Assembly: GCA_964449605.1 (NCBI GenBank)
Contig: CAYUZG010000002.1
Location: 1-53,288, forward strand
Direction: 5' to 3'
From: an uncultured Verrucomicrobiota bacterium
GTDB lineage: Bacteria > Auribacterota > JABMQX01 > JAFGEW01
Length of the DNA stretch: 53,288 nucleotides
Shown: one piece after another, positions 40,215 to 48,879 of the stretch
How positions within the stretch are numbered: the first letter of the stretch is position 1
Layout of the letters: each line of letters begins with the position of its first letter
Position numbers and translations under genes: made by a program
The notes under the pieces: model-generated
The model's database searches: none
Told to the model about the DNA's origin: nothing
Seen by the model: only the letters and a program-made list of their open reading frames with translations

Positions 40215-40881
40215 CGGTCGCTTCGGCCGACAGCGGCCGGTCGAGCGTCCTGACGAAGTGGTAGCAAATGCAGCGCGCGAACGAGTGCATGCTCAGCAGC
40301 ACGCGCTCGTCGAGAAACGGGGACGCAGCCGGATCGACCACGTCGTAGTAGTACGCGCGTGCCAGGTTCGCCACCGCCAGCTCGTTCGTGTCGAGCATCT
40401 CGTCGACGCTCCACACGACCCGCCCGCTTCGAGCGTCGATCATAACGACGCGCAGGCCGATCGCGATCGGTCTGTACGGCTCGTACTCGTTGATCTCGCC
40501 CAAAAGGATGGCGTCGACGTTCAGCGTCTCGCCCAGCATCCGCGACTCGACCGCGTCGAACCGCGAGCGCGACGTGGCGAAGCGCGCCAGCGGCTCGTCG
40601 CACCTGACGCTGAGCAAGTCGAACCTTCTCGTCTTGCGCAGCTCAAGCGTGAACGCGTCGGTGAGCTGTTTCGACGCTCCGCCGTAGCGGCTCCGGTTCA
40701 CGAACGGCATGACGGCCACGCGCCGGATGCCGAGCTGCTCGAACCGCGCGTCACGCGACCAGTTCGCGATCGTGGCCTGGGGCGAGAAATGCAGGGCGGC
40801 GCGCTTGCGATGCCGGTCGACACAGCCGGTCTGCACGCACACCAGGGCGATCAGGACGATCCACAACACCTTCGCTTTCAT
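40174..40881 (-). CDS. Probable lipoprotein with an LpoB/CsgG/FlgO-like sequence pattern
   Basis: Within ORF 40174..41460, from ATG 40881 (GGAGGA RBS). MKAKVLWIVLIALVCVQTGC, then RRVAVMPFVNRS.....SKQLTDAFTLELRKTRRFDLL ... VDAILLGEINEY. The 3' end overlaps the convergent TPR gene by 41 nt. Confidence 0.55.
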   Translation of the reverse strand: MKAKVLWIVLIALVCVQTGCVDRHRKRAALHFSPQATIANWSRDARFEQLGIRRVAVMPFVNRSRYGGASKQLTDAFTLELRKTRRFDLLSVRCDEPLARFATSRSRFDAVESRMLGETLNVDAILLGEINEYEPYRPIAIGLRVVMIDARSGRVVWSVDEMLDTNELAVANLARAYYYDVVDPAASPFLDERVLLSMHSFARCICYHFVRTLDRPLSAEATATGGEAGAGAGAP

Positions 40882-40918
40882 CCGGCTTCCTCCCAGCCGC
40901 GTCGGCGCCCGCCGGCGC

Positions 40919-41239
40919 CTAAGCGGTGATGTCGATGTGATGATCTGGATCGTCCGTGACCTCGTCGGCTTCGGCCTCCTCGGCCGGGCCCTCGCCGTGC
41001 TCGCCGGGCGCTCTGCCTTCCCCGCGATCCTTTTTCTTCTGCTCTTCCTCGCGCACCTTGACGCCTTCCTGATCCTGCTCCGTCTGCTGGACCTGTTTCT
41101 GGCGCGTCTTCTCGAGCTTCTGCAGCTCGTTGGCGAACGCCTGTTCGTCGGTGACGTGTTGCTGCTTCGCCGTGTCCTGCATCTGCTCGGCGATCTGCGT
41201 GCGAGCGAGCGAGTGCTGGTAGTTGACCGGTTCAACCAT
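40919..41239 (-). CDS. Hypothetical acidic/coiled-coil small protein downstream of fliA
   Basis: ATG 41239 has a GAGGGGG RBS. The sequence is Gln/Glu/Lys-rich. No family recognised. Confidence 0.5.
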   Translation of the reverse strand: MVEPVNYQHSLARTQIAEQMQDTAKQQHVTDEQAFANELQKLEKTRQKQVQQTEQDQEGVKVREEEQKKKDRGEGRAPGEHGEGPAEEAEADEVTDDPDHHIDITA

Positions 41240-41281
41240 GTCGGCCCCCTCGCGTCGCGGCCGGCGGCGTGCCTTTTGGGG

Positions 41282-42091
41282 CTAGTCCTCGTTCGGCCGG
41301 CCGACCCGTGCGAGCGTGCGCACCGGTGAGTCGCAGCGCCGCAGCTTGCCGCCGAGCCGCGTGAGCGCCTTCGTGTGAATCTGCGAGACGCGCGACTCGG
41401 AGATCCCGAGCACCGCGCCGATCTCTTTGAGCATGAGCTGCTCGTAGTAATAGAGGGCAATAACGATCCGTTCCTGTTCGGGCAGCTCTTGGATTGCCTG
41501 CGCCAGGATCCGTCGCTTCTCCTTCGTATCGAACACCGCGAACGGTGATGGCTGGCTCTCGTCGTGGACCGAGTCGATCAGACTCACCGCCTTCCGATCG
41601 CCGTCGTCGGGGTTCAGCAGCTCGTTGAGCGACAAGAAGGCGACCGAGCGCTCCTCGTTCATCAACGCATCGAGCTCGTCGACGCTCACTTGGAGCTTCT
41701 CGGCCACCTCGTCGTCGCGCGCAGGCCGGCCAAGCCGCTGCTCGAGGTCGGCGTGCGCGCGCTGGAGGGCGACGAACTTCTCGCGCATCGAGCGCGGCAC
41801 CCAGTCGAGCGCGCGGAGCTCGTCGAGCATGGCGCCGCGGATGCGGATGATGGCGTATGTCTCGAACTTGGTCTTGAACTTCGGCTCGAAGTGCTCGAGC
41901 GCGTTGACCAGCCCGATCACGCCGGACCCGATCAGATCGTTGATGTCGACGTGCGACGGGAGCGTGATCGCGAGCCGCCCGGCCACGTATTTCACGAGCG
42001 GCAGGTAGTTCAGCGTGAGCCCGTCCTTGGCGATCGCGTCGTCGCGGTTCGACAGGTACCGCTTCCACAGTGTCTCGATGCTGTCTTTCAT
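41282..42091 (-). CDS. fliA: Flagellar sigma factor FliA (sigma28)
   Basis: NYLPLVKYVAGRL...DLIGSGVIGLVNALEHFEP....FETYAIIRIRGAMLDELRALDWVPRS...LPEQERIVIALYYYEQLMLKEIGAVLGISESRVSQIHTKAL. Confidence 0.9.
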   Translation of the reverse strand: MKDSIETLWKRYLSNRDDAIAKDGLTLNYLPLVKYVAGRLAITLPSHVDINDLIGSGVIGLVNALEHFEPKFKTKFETYAIIRIRGAMLDELRALDWVPRSMREKFVALQRAHADLEQRLGRPARDDEVAEKLQVSVDELDALMNEERSVAFLSLNELLNPDDGDRKAVSLIDSVHDESQPSPFAVFDTKEKRRILAQAIQELPEQERIVIALYYYEQLMLKEIGAVLGISESRVSQIHTKALTRLGGKLRRCDSPVRTLARVGRPNED

Positions 42092-42134
42092 CTAGATGGC
42101 GTCCTGTGCCTCGCAGGGGTGCTCTGGGTGCGTC

Positions 42135-42380
42135 TCATTCGGGAAACGGCAGCCCTTCGTTCTTGTGCTGTTCCGGATTCTCCTTGGTTTCCTTGCGGCG
42201 CTTTTCCTCGGCCTGCTTGGCCAACTCGCTGATCACCCCGTAGACAACCCCGCGCAGCGCGACGAGGCCGAACACCCCGAACGCCACGAACGCGACGACG
42301 CCGCGCGAGATGGTGCTCGTCGACGACGCCCCCGCCAGAGACGACGAGACCGCCACGACGATGAACGCCACCGCGCCCAT
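42135..42380 (-). CDS. Hypothetical small two-TM membrane protein between flhG and fliA
   Basis: MGAVAFIVVAVSSSLAG....GVVAFVAFGVFGLVALRGVV, then a Lys/Glu-rich tail. GTG 42413 is an alternative start. The upstream Arg-rich part of ORF 42135..42572 is rejected. Confidence 0.4.
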   Translation of the reverse strand: MGAVAFIVVAVSSSLAGASSTSTISRGVVAFVAFGVFGLVALRGVVYGVISELAKQAEEKRRKETKENPEQHKNEGLPFPE

Positions 42381-42393
42381 GCCGAGCGCCAGT

Positions 42394-43293
42394 CTATGGA
42401 GAATCGCTGTCACCGGTGATGATCGCCAACGCGTCCCGGGCGAACGTTTCGATGCCGCCCGAGGCCGCCGTGCCCTCGTTGTTGACCCACTTGAGCGCGA
42501 TCGACCGGAGCGCCGATACGAGCGGCGAGTCCGGGTGCGCGATCGCGATCGGTTTCTGACGCCGCACCGCATCGGCCACGAGCGGATCGCGCGGCGCGTG
42601 TCCGATAAACTCGAGCTTCAGGTCGAGAAACTGCTCGGCCACCCACGACAGGCCACGGAACATCGAGCGGGCCTCGCGCTCGTCGGACTGGTTCACCAGC
42701 ACTCCGATCCCGTCCCGGCGACCACGCCTCGCGAGCACCTTCACCAGCGCGTAGGCGTCGGTGAGCGCCGTCGGCTCCGGCACAGTGACGAGCACGACTC
42801 GGTCGCTTGGCTCAAGCAGCGCCGTGACCGTCAGCGAGATGCCGGCCGGCGTGTCGAACAGAACGTAGTCCATCCGCGCGTAGAGGGCGCGAAGCGCCGA
42901 CAGCAGCTCGTCGAGCTGGGTCGCCGTCAGATGCGCCAGCTCCTGCAACCCCGAGCCGGCCGGCAGGATCGACAGCCCGGCCGGACCCTCCAGGAGCGCC
43001 TCCTCGATCCGGCGCCCGTCGCGCACCACGTGCTGGAGCGTCAGCCTCGGCTTGAGGCCGAACAGCACGTCGATGTTGGCCAGCGCCAGGTCGCCGTCCA
43101 CCAGCAGGACGCGCTTGCCGCACTGGGCGAGCAAGACGGCCATCGCGGCGGCGATGTTGCTTTTGCCCACGCCGCCCTTGCCGCTTGTAAAGGAGATGGC
43201 CGTTGCCGGGCGCCGTGCGGCGCCCAGCCGCGTGCGCGCAGCGGCGGCGAGCGTCTCTCCCGCCGCCTTACCCGAGCGCGCTGTCTGGTGCAT
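42394..43293 (-). CDS. flhG: Flagellar number regulator FlhG (MinD/ParA-type ATPase)
   Basis: From ATG 43293 (GGGAG RBS). ISFTSGKGGVGKSNIAAAMAVLLAQCGKRVLLVDGDLALANIDVL...VLFDTPAGIS. ATG 43389 is possible but less likely. Confidence 0.85.
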   Translation of the reverse strand: MHQTARSGKAAGETLAAAARTRLGAARRPATAISFTSGKGGVGKSNIAAAMAVLLAQCGKRVLLVDGDLALANIDVLFGLKPRLTLQHVVRDGRRIEEALLEGPAGLSILPAGSGLQELAHLTATQLDELLSALRALYARMDYVLFDTPAGISLTVTALLEPSDRVVLVTVPEPTALTDAYALVKVLARRGRRDGIGVLVNQSDEREARSMFRGLSWVAEQFLDLKLEFIGHAPRDPLVADAVRRQKPIAIAHPDSPLVSALRSIALKWVNNEGTAASGGIETFARDALAIITGDSDSP

Positions 43294-44512
43294 ATTGCTC
43301 AACTCCCACTTCCTGGCCGTTGCGTTGCCGCGCACGGAGGTGCTCTTGCGCACCTCCGCGCTCCTGCGCACGTCCGCGCTCCTGCGCACGTCCGCGCTTC
43401 TGCCCGACCTCGGTGCGTAGAATCATTCGTGCCAACTTCGCCGACGAGGCCGGCTCGATCTGTTCCGGGATGCTTTGGCCCGTCGTGAGGTACGAAACGG
43501 GCCGCTTCGACTTGACCGCCAGCGTCAGCAAAGAGCCGTAGTCGCGTGTCTCGTCGAGCTTCGTGAAGAGCAGGCTGTCGATCTCCATCGGGGAGAACCG
43601 CTCGACCACGGCCAGGTTCTCCTTGCAGCGCGTGGTGGCGCTGAGGACGAGGTGGGTCTCGGCCCTGTCGAGCTCCTTCAGAAACGTCGCCAGCTCAAGC
43701 ACTTGCATCCAGTCATACTGGCTGCGGCCGCCCGTGTCGACCAGCACAAGGTCCTTGTCGGCGTGGGCGGCGATCGTGCCCCTCAGGTCGGTCGGGGTCA
43801 GCACCACCTCGATCGGCACCTTGAGCAGCTTGGCGTAGACGCGCATCTGTTCGACCGCAGCGACCCGGTAGACGTCCACGGTGATAATGGCCACCTTCTT
43901 GCGCTCGAAGGCCGAGAAGTGGGCGGCGAGCTTGGCGACCGTGGTCGTTTTGCCGACGCCCGTCGGCCCGACGAACGCGGCGATCTTCGCCTCGCCGGGC
44001 ACGCACTTGATCGGGCCGGTCACGCGGATGAAGCGCTCGATGCGCTTCTCGATGTATTCCTTGATGAGCCCTTCGTTCTCGGTCGTGCGCAAGTCCTCGA
44101 CCGCCGAGCGCAGGAGCGCCTGGGCCAGGAGCTCGTCGACGTCGTTGCCCACGAGCTGGCGGCGGATGCTTTCCACGACTCCGCTCGGTCTCGCGATCGG
44201 CTCGACGGCCGTCTCGTCGAGACGGCTCGCATCCGGCTGCGCCGACGCAAGGTAGGCCGCGAGCCGATGATCGGCGCTCTCTTGATCCTGCTGCCGATCG
44301 CGCCCCGCGCGGGGTGTGCCGGCCTCGCGTCGTGGGGGCGCGTCGCCGTCGATGGCGGCGGTGACCTCGATCACGGGTTTGCCAAGCAGGTTGAGCACAC
44401 CGCCCCGGGTCACCTTGCGCGAGTGCAAGATGACTGCGTTCGGCCCGAGCTCGTGGCGGATCTGGTCGATCGCCTCTTGCATCGTGGCCGCCGTGTATCG
44501 TCTGACTTTCAC
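43268..44512 (-). CDS. flhF: Flagellar biosynthesis GTPase FlhF (SRP-type)
   Basis: MKVRRYTAATMQEAIDQIRHELGPNAVIL...IAAFVGPTGVGKTTTVAKLAA...VDTGGRS...FTKLDET..YGSLL...PVSYLTTGQSIPEQI. The C-terminal tail carries (RGRAQE)x3. Confidence 0.9.
   Translation of the reverse strand: MKVRRYTAATMQEAIDQIRHELGPNAVILHSRKVTRGGVLNLLGKPVIEVTAAIDGDAPPRREAGTPRAGRDRQQDQESADHRLAAYLASAQPDASRLDETAVEPIARPSGVVESIRRQLVGNDVDELLAQALLRSAVEDLRTTENEGLIKEYIEKRIERFIRVTGPIKCVPGEAKIAAFVGPTGVGKTTTVAKLAAHFSAFERKKVAIITVDVYRVAAVEQMRVYAKLLKVPIEVVLTPTDLRGTIAAHADKDLVLVDTGGRSQYDWMQVLELATFLKELDRAETHLVLSATTRCKENLAVVERFSPMEIDSLLFTKLDETRDYGSLLTLAVKSKRPVSYLTTGQSIPEQIEPASSAKLARMILRTEVGQKRGRAQERGRAQERGGAQEHLRARQRNGQEVGVEQYAPDSALG
43345..43398. 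repeat. 18-bp tandem repeat x3 (cctgcgcacgtccgcgct; two perfect copies, one with 2 mismatches)
   Basis: Copies at 43345-43362 (imperfect), 43363-43380 and 43381-43398. The repeat is in frame and lies in the flhF 3' tail. Confidence 0.9.
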
Positions 44513-44558
44513 GCCACCTGCCCTTTCGTGCTGCGTTGCTGTCTACGCGCCCTTTCCC

Positions 44559-46658
44559 CTACACCCCGACCGGCTCGCGTTCCGCCTGCGGCTCGAGCCG
44601 CACGAGCCCAACCGACTGCACGTCCGCGTCGGACGCGATGTCGCTGAACGAGAGCACGGCGAGCTTCGGCAGCTCGCGCCCGATGAACCGCTTGAGCGCA
44701 AGCCGCAGCGTTGGCGAGCAGATCACCACGGGGTTCGACGCGACGGCCGACGCCTGCTGGACGCTCCTGCCGATCGCCTCGGTGAGCTGGCGCCCCGTCT
44801 GCGGGTCGAGCACAAGCGCCGAGCCTCGCGCGGTTTTCTGGATCGAGTTGACAAGCTGCGGCTCCAGTTGCGGATCGATCAGCACGGCGTTGACCTTGCC
44901 CTCGGCGTCGACGTAGTGCGCCGTGATCGAGCGCGCGAGCGCGTTGCGCACGTACTCGCCGAGCACATCGACGTCCTTGGTGATCGCGCCGTAGTCGGAC
45001 AGCGTCTCGAGGATCGTCGGCAACTGCCGGATGCTCACCCGCTCGGCGAGCAGGTTCTGGAGCACGCGCTGGACCTGGCTGACCGCGAGCACGTTCGGCA
45101 CCAGCTCGTCGACGAGCACCGGGTAGTCCTTCTTGACCGCGTCGAGCAACCCCTGCACGGCCTGGCGGCTCAGCAGCCCGGCCGCGTGCTGGCGGACCGT
45201 TTCGGATAGGTGCGTTGCGAGCACGCTCGATGTGTCGACAACCGTGTAGCCGAGCGCCTCGGCCCGTTCCTTCTGCGCGTCGCCGATCCAGATCGCCGGC
45301 AGGCCGAACGACGGCTCGGTCGTCGGGATGCCCTGCAGCTCGTCGCTTTTCGCGGCGGTATTGAGCGCCATGTACATGCCGACCATGAGCTCGCCGGCGG
45401 CGACGCGCGTGCCCTCGATCTTGATCGCGTAGCTGTTCGGCTCGAGCTGCAGGTTGTCGCGAATGCGGATCGGCGGCACGACGAGCCCGAGCTCGGTGGC
45501 GAACTCGCGGCGCAGCATGGTGATCCGGTCGAGGATGTCGCCGCCCTGCGAGGCGTCAACGAGCGGGATGAGCCCATAGCCGATCTCGAGCTCCATCGGG
45601 TCGACGTGCAGCAAGCGTTTGACCCGTTCGGGTTCTGGCACCTCGACGCGCTGCGCCTCCTCGGCCTCGGCCGTCCTCGCCTTCAGTTTCGTGGCGTGCT
45701 GGGTCAGATACCCGAGGCCGCCCGTGATTCCGGCCAGCAGCAGAAACGGCAGCGTCGGGAGCCCCGGCATGATGCCGAAGAAGCCAAGCACGCCGGCCGT
45801 CAAGAACAAGGCGCGCGGCTTTCGCAGCAGTTGCGAGGTGATGTCCTCGCCGATGCTCTTCTCGGTCGAGCCGGCACGGCTCACGAGCACGCCGGCCCCG
45901 GTGGCAACGATGAGCGACGGAATCTGCGCCACGAGCCCGTCGCCGATCGTCAGCAGCGTGTAGTGCTGGGCCGCCAGGCCGACCGGCATGCCGCGCTGGA
46001 GCACGCCGATCGCCAGGCCGCCGACGACGTTGACGAACGTGATCAGGAGCCCGGCGACTGCGTCGCCGCGGACGAACTTCGACGCGCCGTCCATCGCGCC
46101 GTAGAAGTCGGCCTCGCGTGCGATCAGCTGGCGCCGCTCGCGCGCCTGGTCCTCGGTGATGAGGCCGCTGTTCAGGTCGGCGTCGATGGCCATCTGCTTG
46201 CCGGGCATCGCGTCCAACGTGAAACGCGCCGTCACCTCGGCGATGCGGGTCGCGCCCTTGGTGATGACGACGAACTGGATGATGATCAGGATCATGAAGA
46301 TCACGGCGCCGACGACGAAGTTGCCGCCGACGACGAAGTTGCCGAACGCCTCGATCACGCGGCCCGCCTCGCCGTCGAGCAGGATGCGCCGCGTGGTCGC
46401 CACGTTGAGCGAGAGCCGAAACAGCGTGGCGAACAACAGCAGCGACGGGAAGATGGCCAGGTCGAGGCTGCGCTCGGTGTAGATCACCACGAGCAGTACG
46501 AGCACCGAGAAGGTGATGTTCACCGTCAGCAGCACGTCGAGGATGCTGCTCGGCAGCGGGATAATGATGGCGATCAGCACGCCGACGATCGCCACGGCAA
46601 GCCCGATGTTGCCAAACCGGGCGAGCTTCGTCTCTCGTACCGTCTTCAACATCACCAC
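44559..46658 (-). CDS. flhA: Flagellar export apparatus protein FlhA
   Basis: LAVAIVGVLIAIIIPLP...FPSLLLFATLFRLSLNVATTRRILL...FVVGG..VGAVIF.ILIIIQFVVITKGATRIAEV.ARFTLDAMPGKQMAIDADL. The start is probably ATG 46652, after GTG-GTG. Confidence 0.95.
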   Translation of the reverse strand: MVMLKTVRETKLARFGNIGLAVAIVGVLIAIIIPLPSSILDVLLTVNITFSVLVLLVVIYTERSLDLAIFPSLLLFATLFRLSLNVATTRRILLDGEAGRVIEAFGNFVVGGNFVVGAVIFMILIIIQFVVITKGATRIAEVTARFTLDAMPGKQMAIDADLNSGLITEDQARERRQLIAREADFYGAMDGASKFVRGDAVAGLLITFVNVVGGLAIGVLQRGMPVGLAAQHYTLLTIGDGLVAQIPSLIVATGAGVLVSRAGSTEKSIGEDITSQLLRKPRALFLTAGVLGFFGIMPGLPTLPFLLLAGITGGLGYLTQHATKLKARTAEAEEAQRVEVPEPERVKRLLHVDPMELEIGYGLIPLVDASQGGDILDRITMLRREFATELGLVVPPIRIRDNLQLEPNSYAIKIEGTRVAAGELMVGMYMALNTAAKSDELQGIPTTEPSFGLPAIWIGDAQKERAEALGYTVVDTSSVLATHLSETVRQHAAGLLSRQAVQGLLDAVKKDYPVLVDELVPNVLAVSQVQRVLQNLLAERVSIRQLPTILETLSDYGAITKDVDVLGEYVRNALARSITAHYVDAEGKVNAVLIDPQLEPQLVNSIQKTARGSALVLDPQTGRQLTEAIGRSVQQASAVASNPVVICSPTLRLALKRFIGRELPKLAVLSFSDIASDADVQSVGLVRLEPQAEREPVGV

Positions 46659-46697
46659 GCCTCACCGCGTACGGCCAACCGCACGGCCTTGCTTGAA

Positions 46698-46917
46698 GCC
46701 CGCGCAGCGGGCGGCATCTTGTAGCCTCGGGCGTCAGCCCGTGGACCATGCGCGAGCAAGAGGCTCAAGCCCCCGCAGGGGGCGACAGATGGAACGCACG
46801 ACTCATTCCTGAACGAGACAAGAGCAGATGTCGCCCCCTGCGGGGGCTTTGGGCCCGTCACGCTCGCATTCCACAGGCTTACGCCTGTGGCTACAACATG
46901 CCGTCCCCTGCGGGGAC
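46698..46917. repeat. Cluster of GC-rich palindromes, including a 21-bp inverted repeat, in the flhB-flhA spacer
   Basis: Hairpins at 46698-46712 (gcccgc-gca-gcgggc), 46871-46890 (ccacaggc-ttac-gcctgtgg) and 46903-46917 (gtcccc-tgc-ggggac). Inverted repeat aagcccccgcagggggcgaca (46767-46787) / tgtcgccccctgcgggggctt (46829-46849). Confidence 0.85.
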
Positions 46918-46953
46918 TTCGCTGACCCGTTCTCATCGGTCTCACACAGCACG

Positions 46954-48045
46954 TCACGTTGATGCGCCCGCCGAGGCGCGCTGCCGCGCGCGGCCGAGTG
47001 CGAACACGTAGGCGAGCACCTCGGCCACGGCATGGTAAAAGGCGATCGGGATGAAGCCGCCGACCTCGACGGCCTTGTAGAGCGCCTGCGCGAGCGGCTG
47101 GTTCTGGACGATGGGCACGTGGTGCATCTTGGCCAGCTCGATGATCCGCTCGGCCAGCAGGCGGGCGCCCTTGGCAATCACCTTGGGCGCCGGCATTGTC
47201 TCGGGCTCGTATCGGAGCGCGATCGCGTAGTGCGTCGGGTTGGTGATGACCACGTCCGCCTTCGGCACGTCCTGCATCATGCGCTGCATGCTCACCTTGA
47301 GCTGCATGCCGCGGATGTGGCCTTTGATCAACGGGTCGCCCTCGACGTTCTTGCGCTCGTCTTTGACCTGCTGCTTGGTCATCCGCATTTTCTCTTCGTA
47401 CCGGTGCCGCTTCCACACGTAGTCGAGGAAGGCGAGCACGATGAGCAGCACGATGATCCGGAGCGTGATCCGCAGCGAGATCCCGACGGTGAAGTCGGCG
47501 ATCTGCGACACCGTCTTGTCCATTAGCGGCAGCAGCTGCGGCACGTACGCCTTGAGCGACAAGTAGGCGACGAGCGAGATCAGGCTGATCTTGCTGACGG
47601 CGACGGCCAGGTCGACCAGCTTGTCCTTGCTCACCAGGTTGAGCCGGCTCAGCTGCGGCTTGATTTGGCTCAGCTTCGGCTTGAGCGCCTGCGGCGACCA
47701 GAGGAAACCGAACTGCATCACGGACGCCGCGAACGAGGCGAGCACGAGCACGAGCATGATCGGCGCGATCATCACGGCGACCCGGCCGACCGTGTCGATC
47801 AGAAGCTGCTGCGCGCTCGACGGCGTGATCTCGACGCTCGTGTAGGTCTGGAAGGTCATTCGCATCAAGTCCCGAAGCCGGCCGCTGATGAACGAGCCGG
47901 CGAACCAGACGATCATCAGGCCGAGGAACAACACGACCACGGAGCTCACCTCGGGGCTCTGCGCGACGCTGCCCTTCTCGCGCGTCTCGCGGCGACGTTT
48001 CGGCGTCGCTCTCTCCGTGCGTGCCTCTTTGTCCTCTTCCGCCAT
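46954..48045 (-). CDS. flhB: Flagellar export apparatus protein FlhB
   Basis: MAEEDKEARTERATPKRRRETREKGSVAQS.E...KMRMTKQQVKDERKN.EGDPLIKG.IR......VPKADVVITNPTHYAIAL.Y (NPTH autocleavage site). Confidence 0.95.
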   Translation of the reverse strand: MAEEDKEARTERATPKRRRETREKGSVAQSPEVSSVVVLFLGLMIVWFAGSFISGRLRDLMRMTFQTYTSVEITPSSAQQLLIDTVGRVAVMIAPIMLVLVLASFAASVMQFGFLWSPQALKPKLSQIKPQLSRLNLVSKDKLVDLAVAVSKISLISLVAYLSLKAYVPQLLPLMDKTVSQIADFTVGISLRITLRIIVLLIVLAFLDYVWKRHRYEEKMRMTKQQVKDERKNVEGDPLIKGHIRGMQLKVSMQRMMQDVPKADVVITNPTHYAIALRYEPETMPAPKVIAKGARLLAERIIELAKMHHVPIVQNQPLAQALYKAVEVGGFIPIAFYHAVAEVLAYVFALGRARQRASAGAST

Positions 48046-48060
48046 GGGTGGCCCTGCGCG

Positions 48061-48840
48061 CTAATGCATGTGGTCGAGCATCGTGTAGATGTCGCCGGTG
48101 GTTACTCGCAGCATTTTCTCGAAGACGTAGGCGAACATCGGCACACAGGCCGCCAGCCCGACGATCCCCACGGCGATCTTGAGCGGCAGCCCGACGATCA
48201 GCACGTTCATCTGCGGCACGAAGCGCGCCACGAGCCCGATCACCACGGTCGTCACGATGAGGATGACGAACGCCGGGGCCGTGATCTTGATCGCGATCGG
48301 GAACAGGCGTCCCGTGATCCGAACGATATCGAGCGCCATGTCGGCCTGGCACCGCACGGCGCCGAGCGGCACAACCTCGAAGCTGTCGCACATGGCCAGC
48401 ACGAGCAGGTGATGGCCGCTGATCGCCAGGAACAGCATGAGCGCCACCATGCTCTCGAACTGCGCGACGACTGAGGTTTGGCCCCCCATGTTCGGGTCGA
48501 TCATCCGGGCCAGGCCGAGCCCCATGTGCCGGCCAAGGACCTCGCCCGACAGGTGCGTGGCCGCGAAGATCAGGCTCGAGACGAGCCCGATGATGAACCC
48601 CACGGAGCATTCCTTGAGAATCAGCAGCGGCAAGTCCGACCACGCGAGCACGGCCGGCCGGTGCACGCGCATCAGCAGTGGCATCAGCATGATGGCCAAG
48701 ATGAATCCGAGCCCGACTTTGAGCCGGGCCTGGACGGCCTTGTTGCCGAAGATCGGCGCAACCATGCACAGGCTCAGCACCCTGAAGAAGATCAGGGCAA
48801 ACATCTGGATGTGCGCTATGAACCAGCCGTCCAGCTTCAT
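48061..48840 (-). CDS. fliR: Flagellar export apparatus protein FliR
   Basis: Polytopic membrane protein: FALIFFRVLSLCMVAPIFG...GFIIGLV..LIFAA...GE..G..MGL. Sits between fliQ and flhB. Confidence 0.9.
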   Translation of the reverse strand: MKLDGWFIAHIQMFALIFFRVLSLCMVAPIFGNKAVQARLKVGLGFILAIMLMPLLMRVHRPAVLAWSDLPLLILKECSVGFIIGLVSSLIFAATHLSGEVLGRHMGLGLARMIDPNMGGQTSVVAQFESMVALMLFLAISGHHLLVLAMCDSFEVVPLGAVRCQADMALDIVRITGRLFPIAIKITAPAFVILIVTTVVIGLVARFVPQMNVLIVGLPLKIAVGIVGLAACVPMFAYVFEKMLRVTTGDIYTMLDHMH

Positions 48841-48879
48841 CCATAACCGCCCGCGCGAGGTGCGTTGCCCCGGCCGCGC

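Noticed and set aside
40882-41460. Upstream extension of the lipoprotein ORF (track ORF 40174..41460, 428 aa).
   Set aside because: The extension is Arg/Ser-rich and overlaps the 106-aa gene and the fliA 3' end. ATG 40881 with a GGAGGA RBS gives a classic signal peptide.
46767-46917. CRISPR-like appearance of the GTCGCCCCCTGCGGGGGC-type palindromes in the flhB-flhA spacer.
   Set aside because: There is no regular repeat-spacer periodicity. The units occur in both orientations, there are only 3-5 copies with unequal spacing, and no cas genes are present. They were reported as REP/MITE-like palindromes instead.
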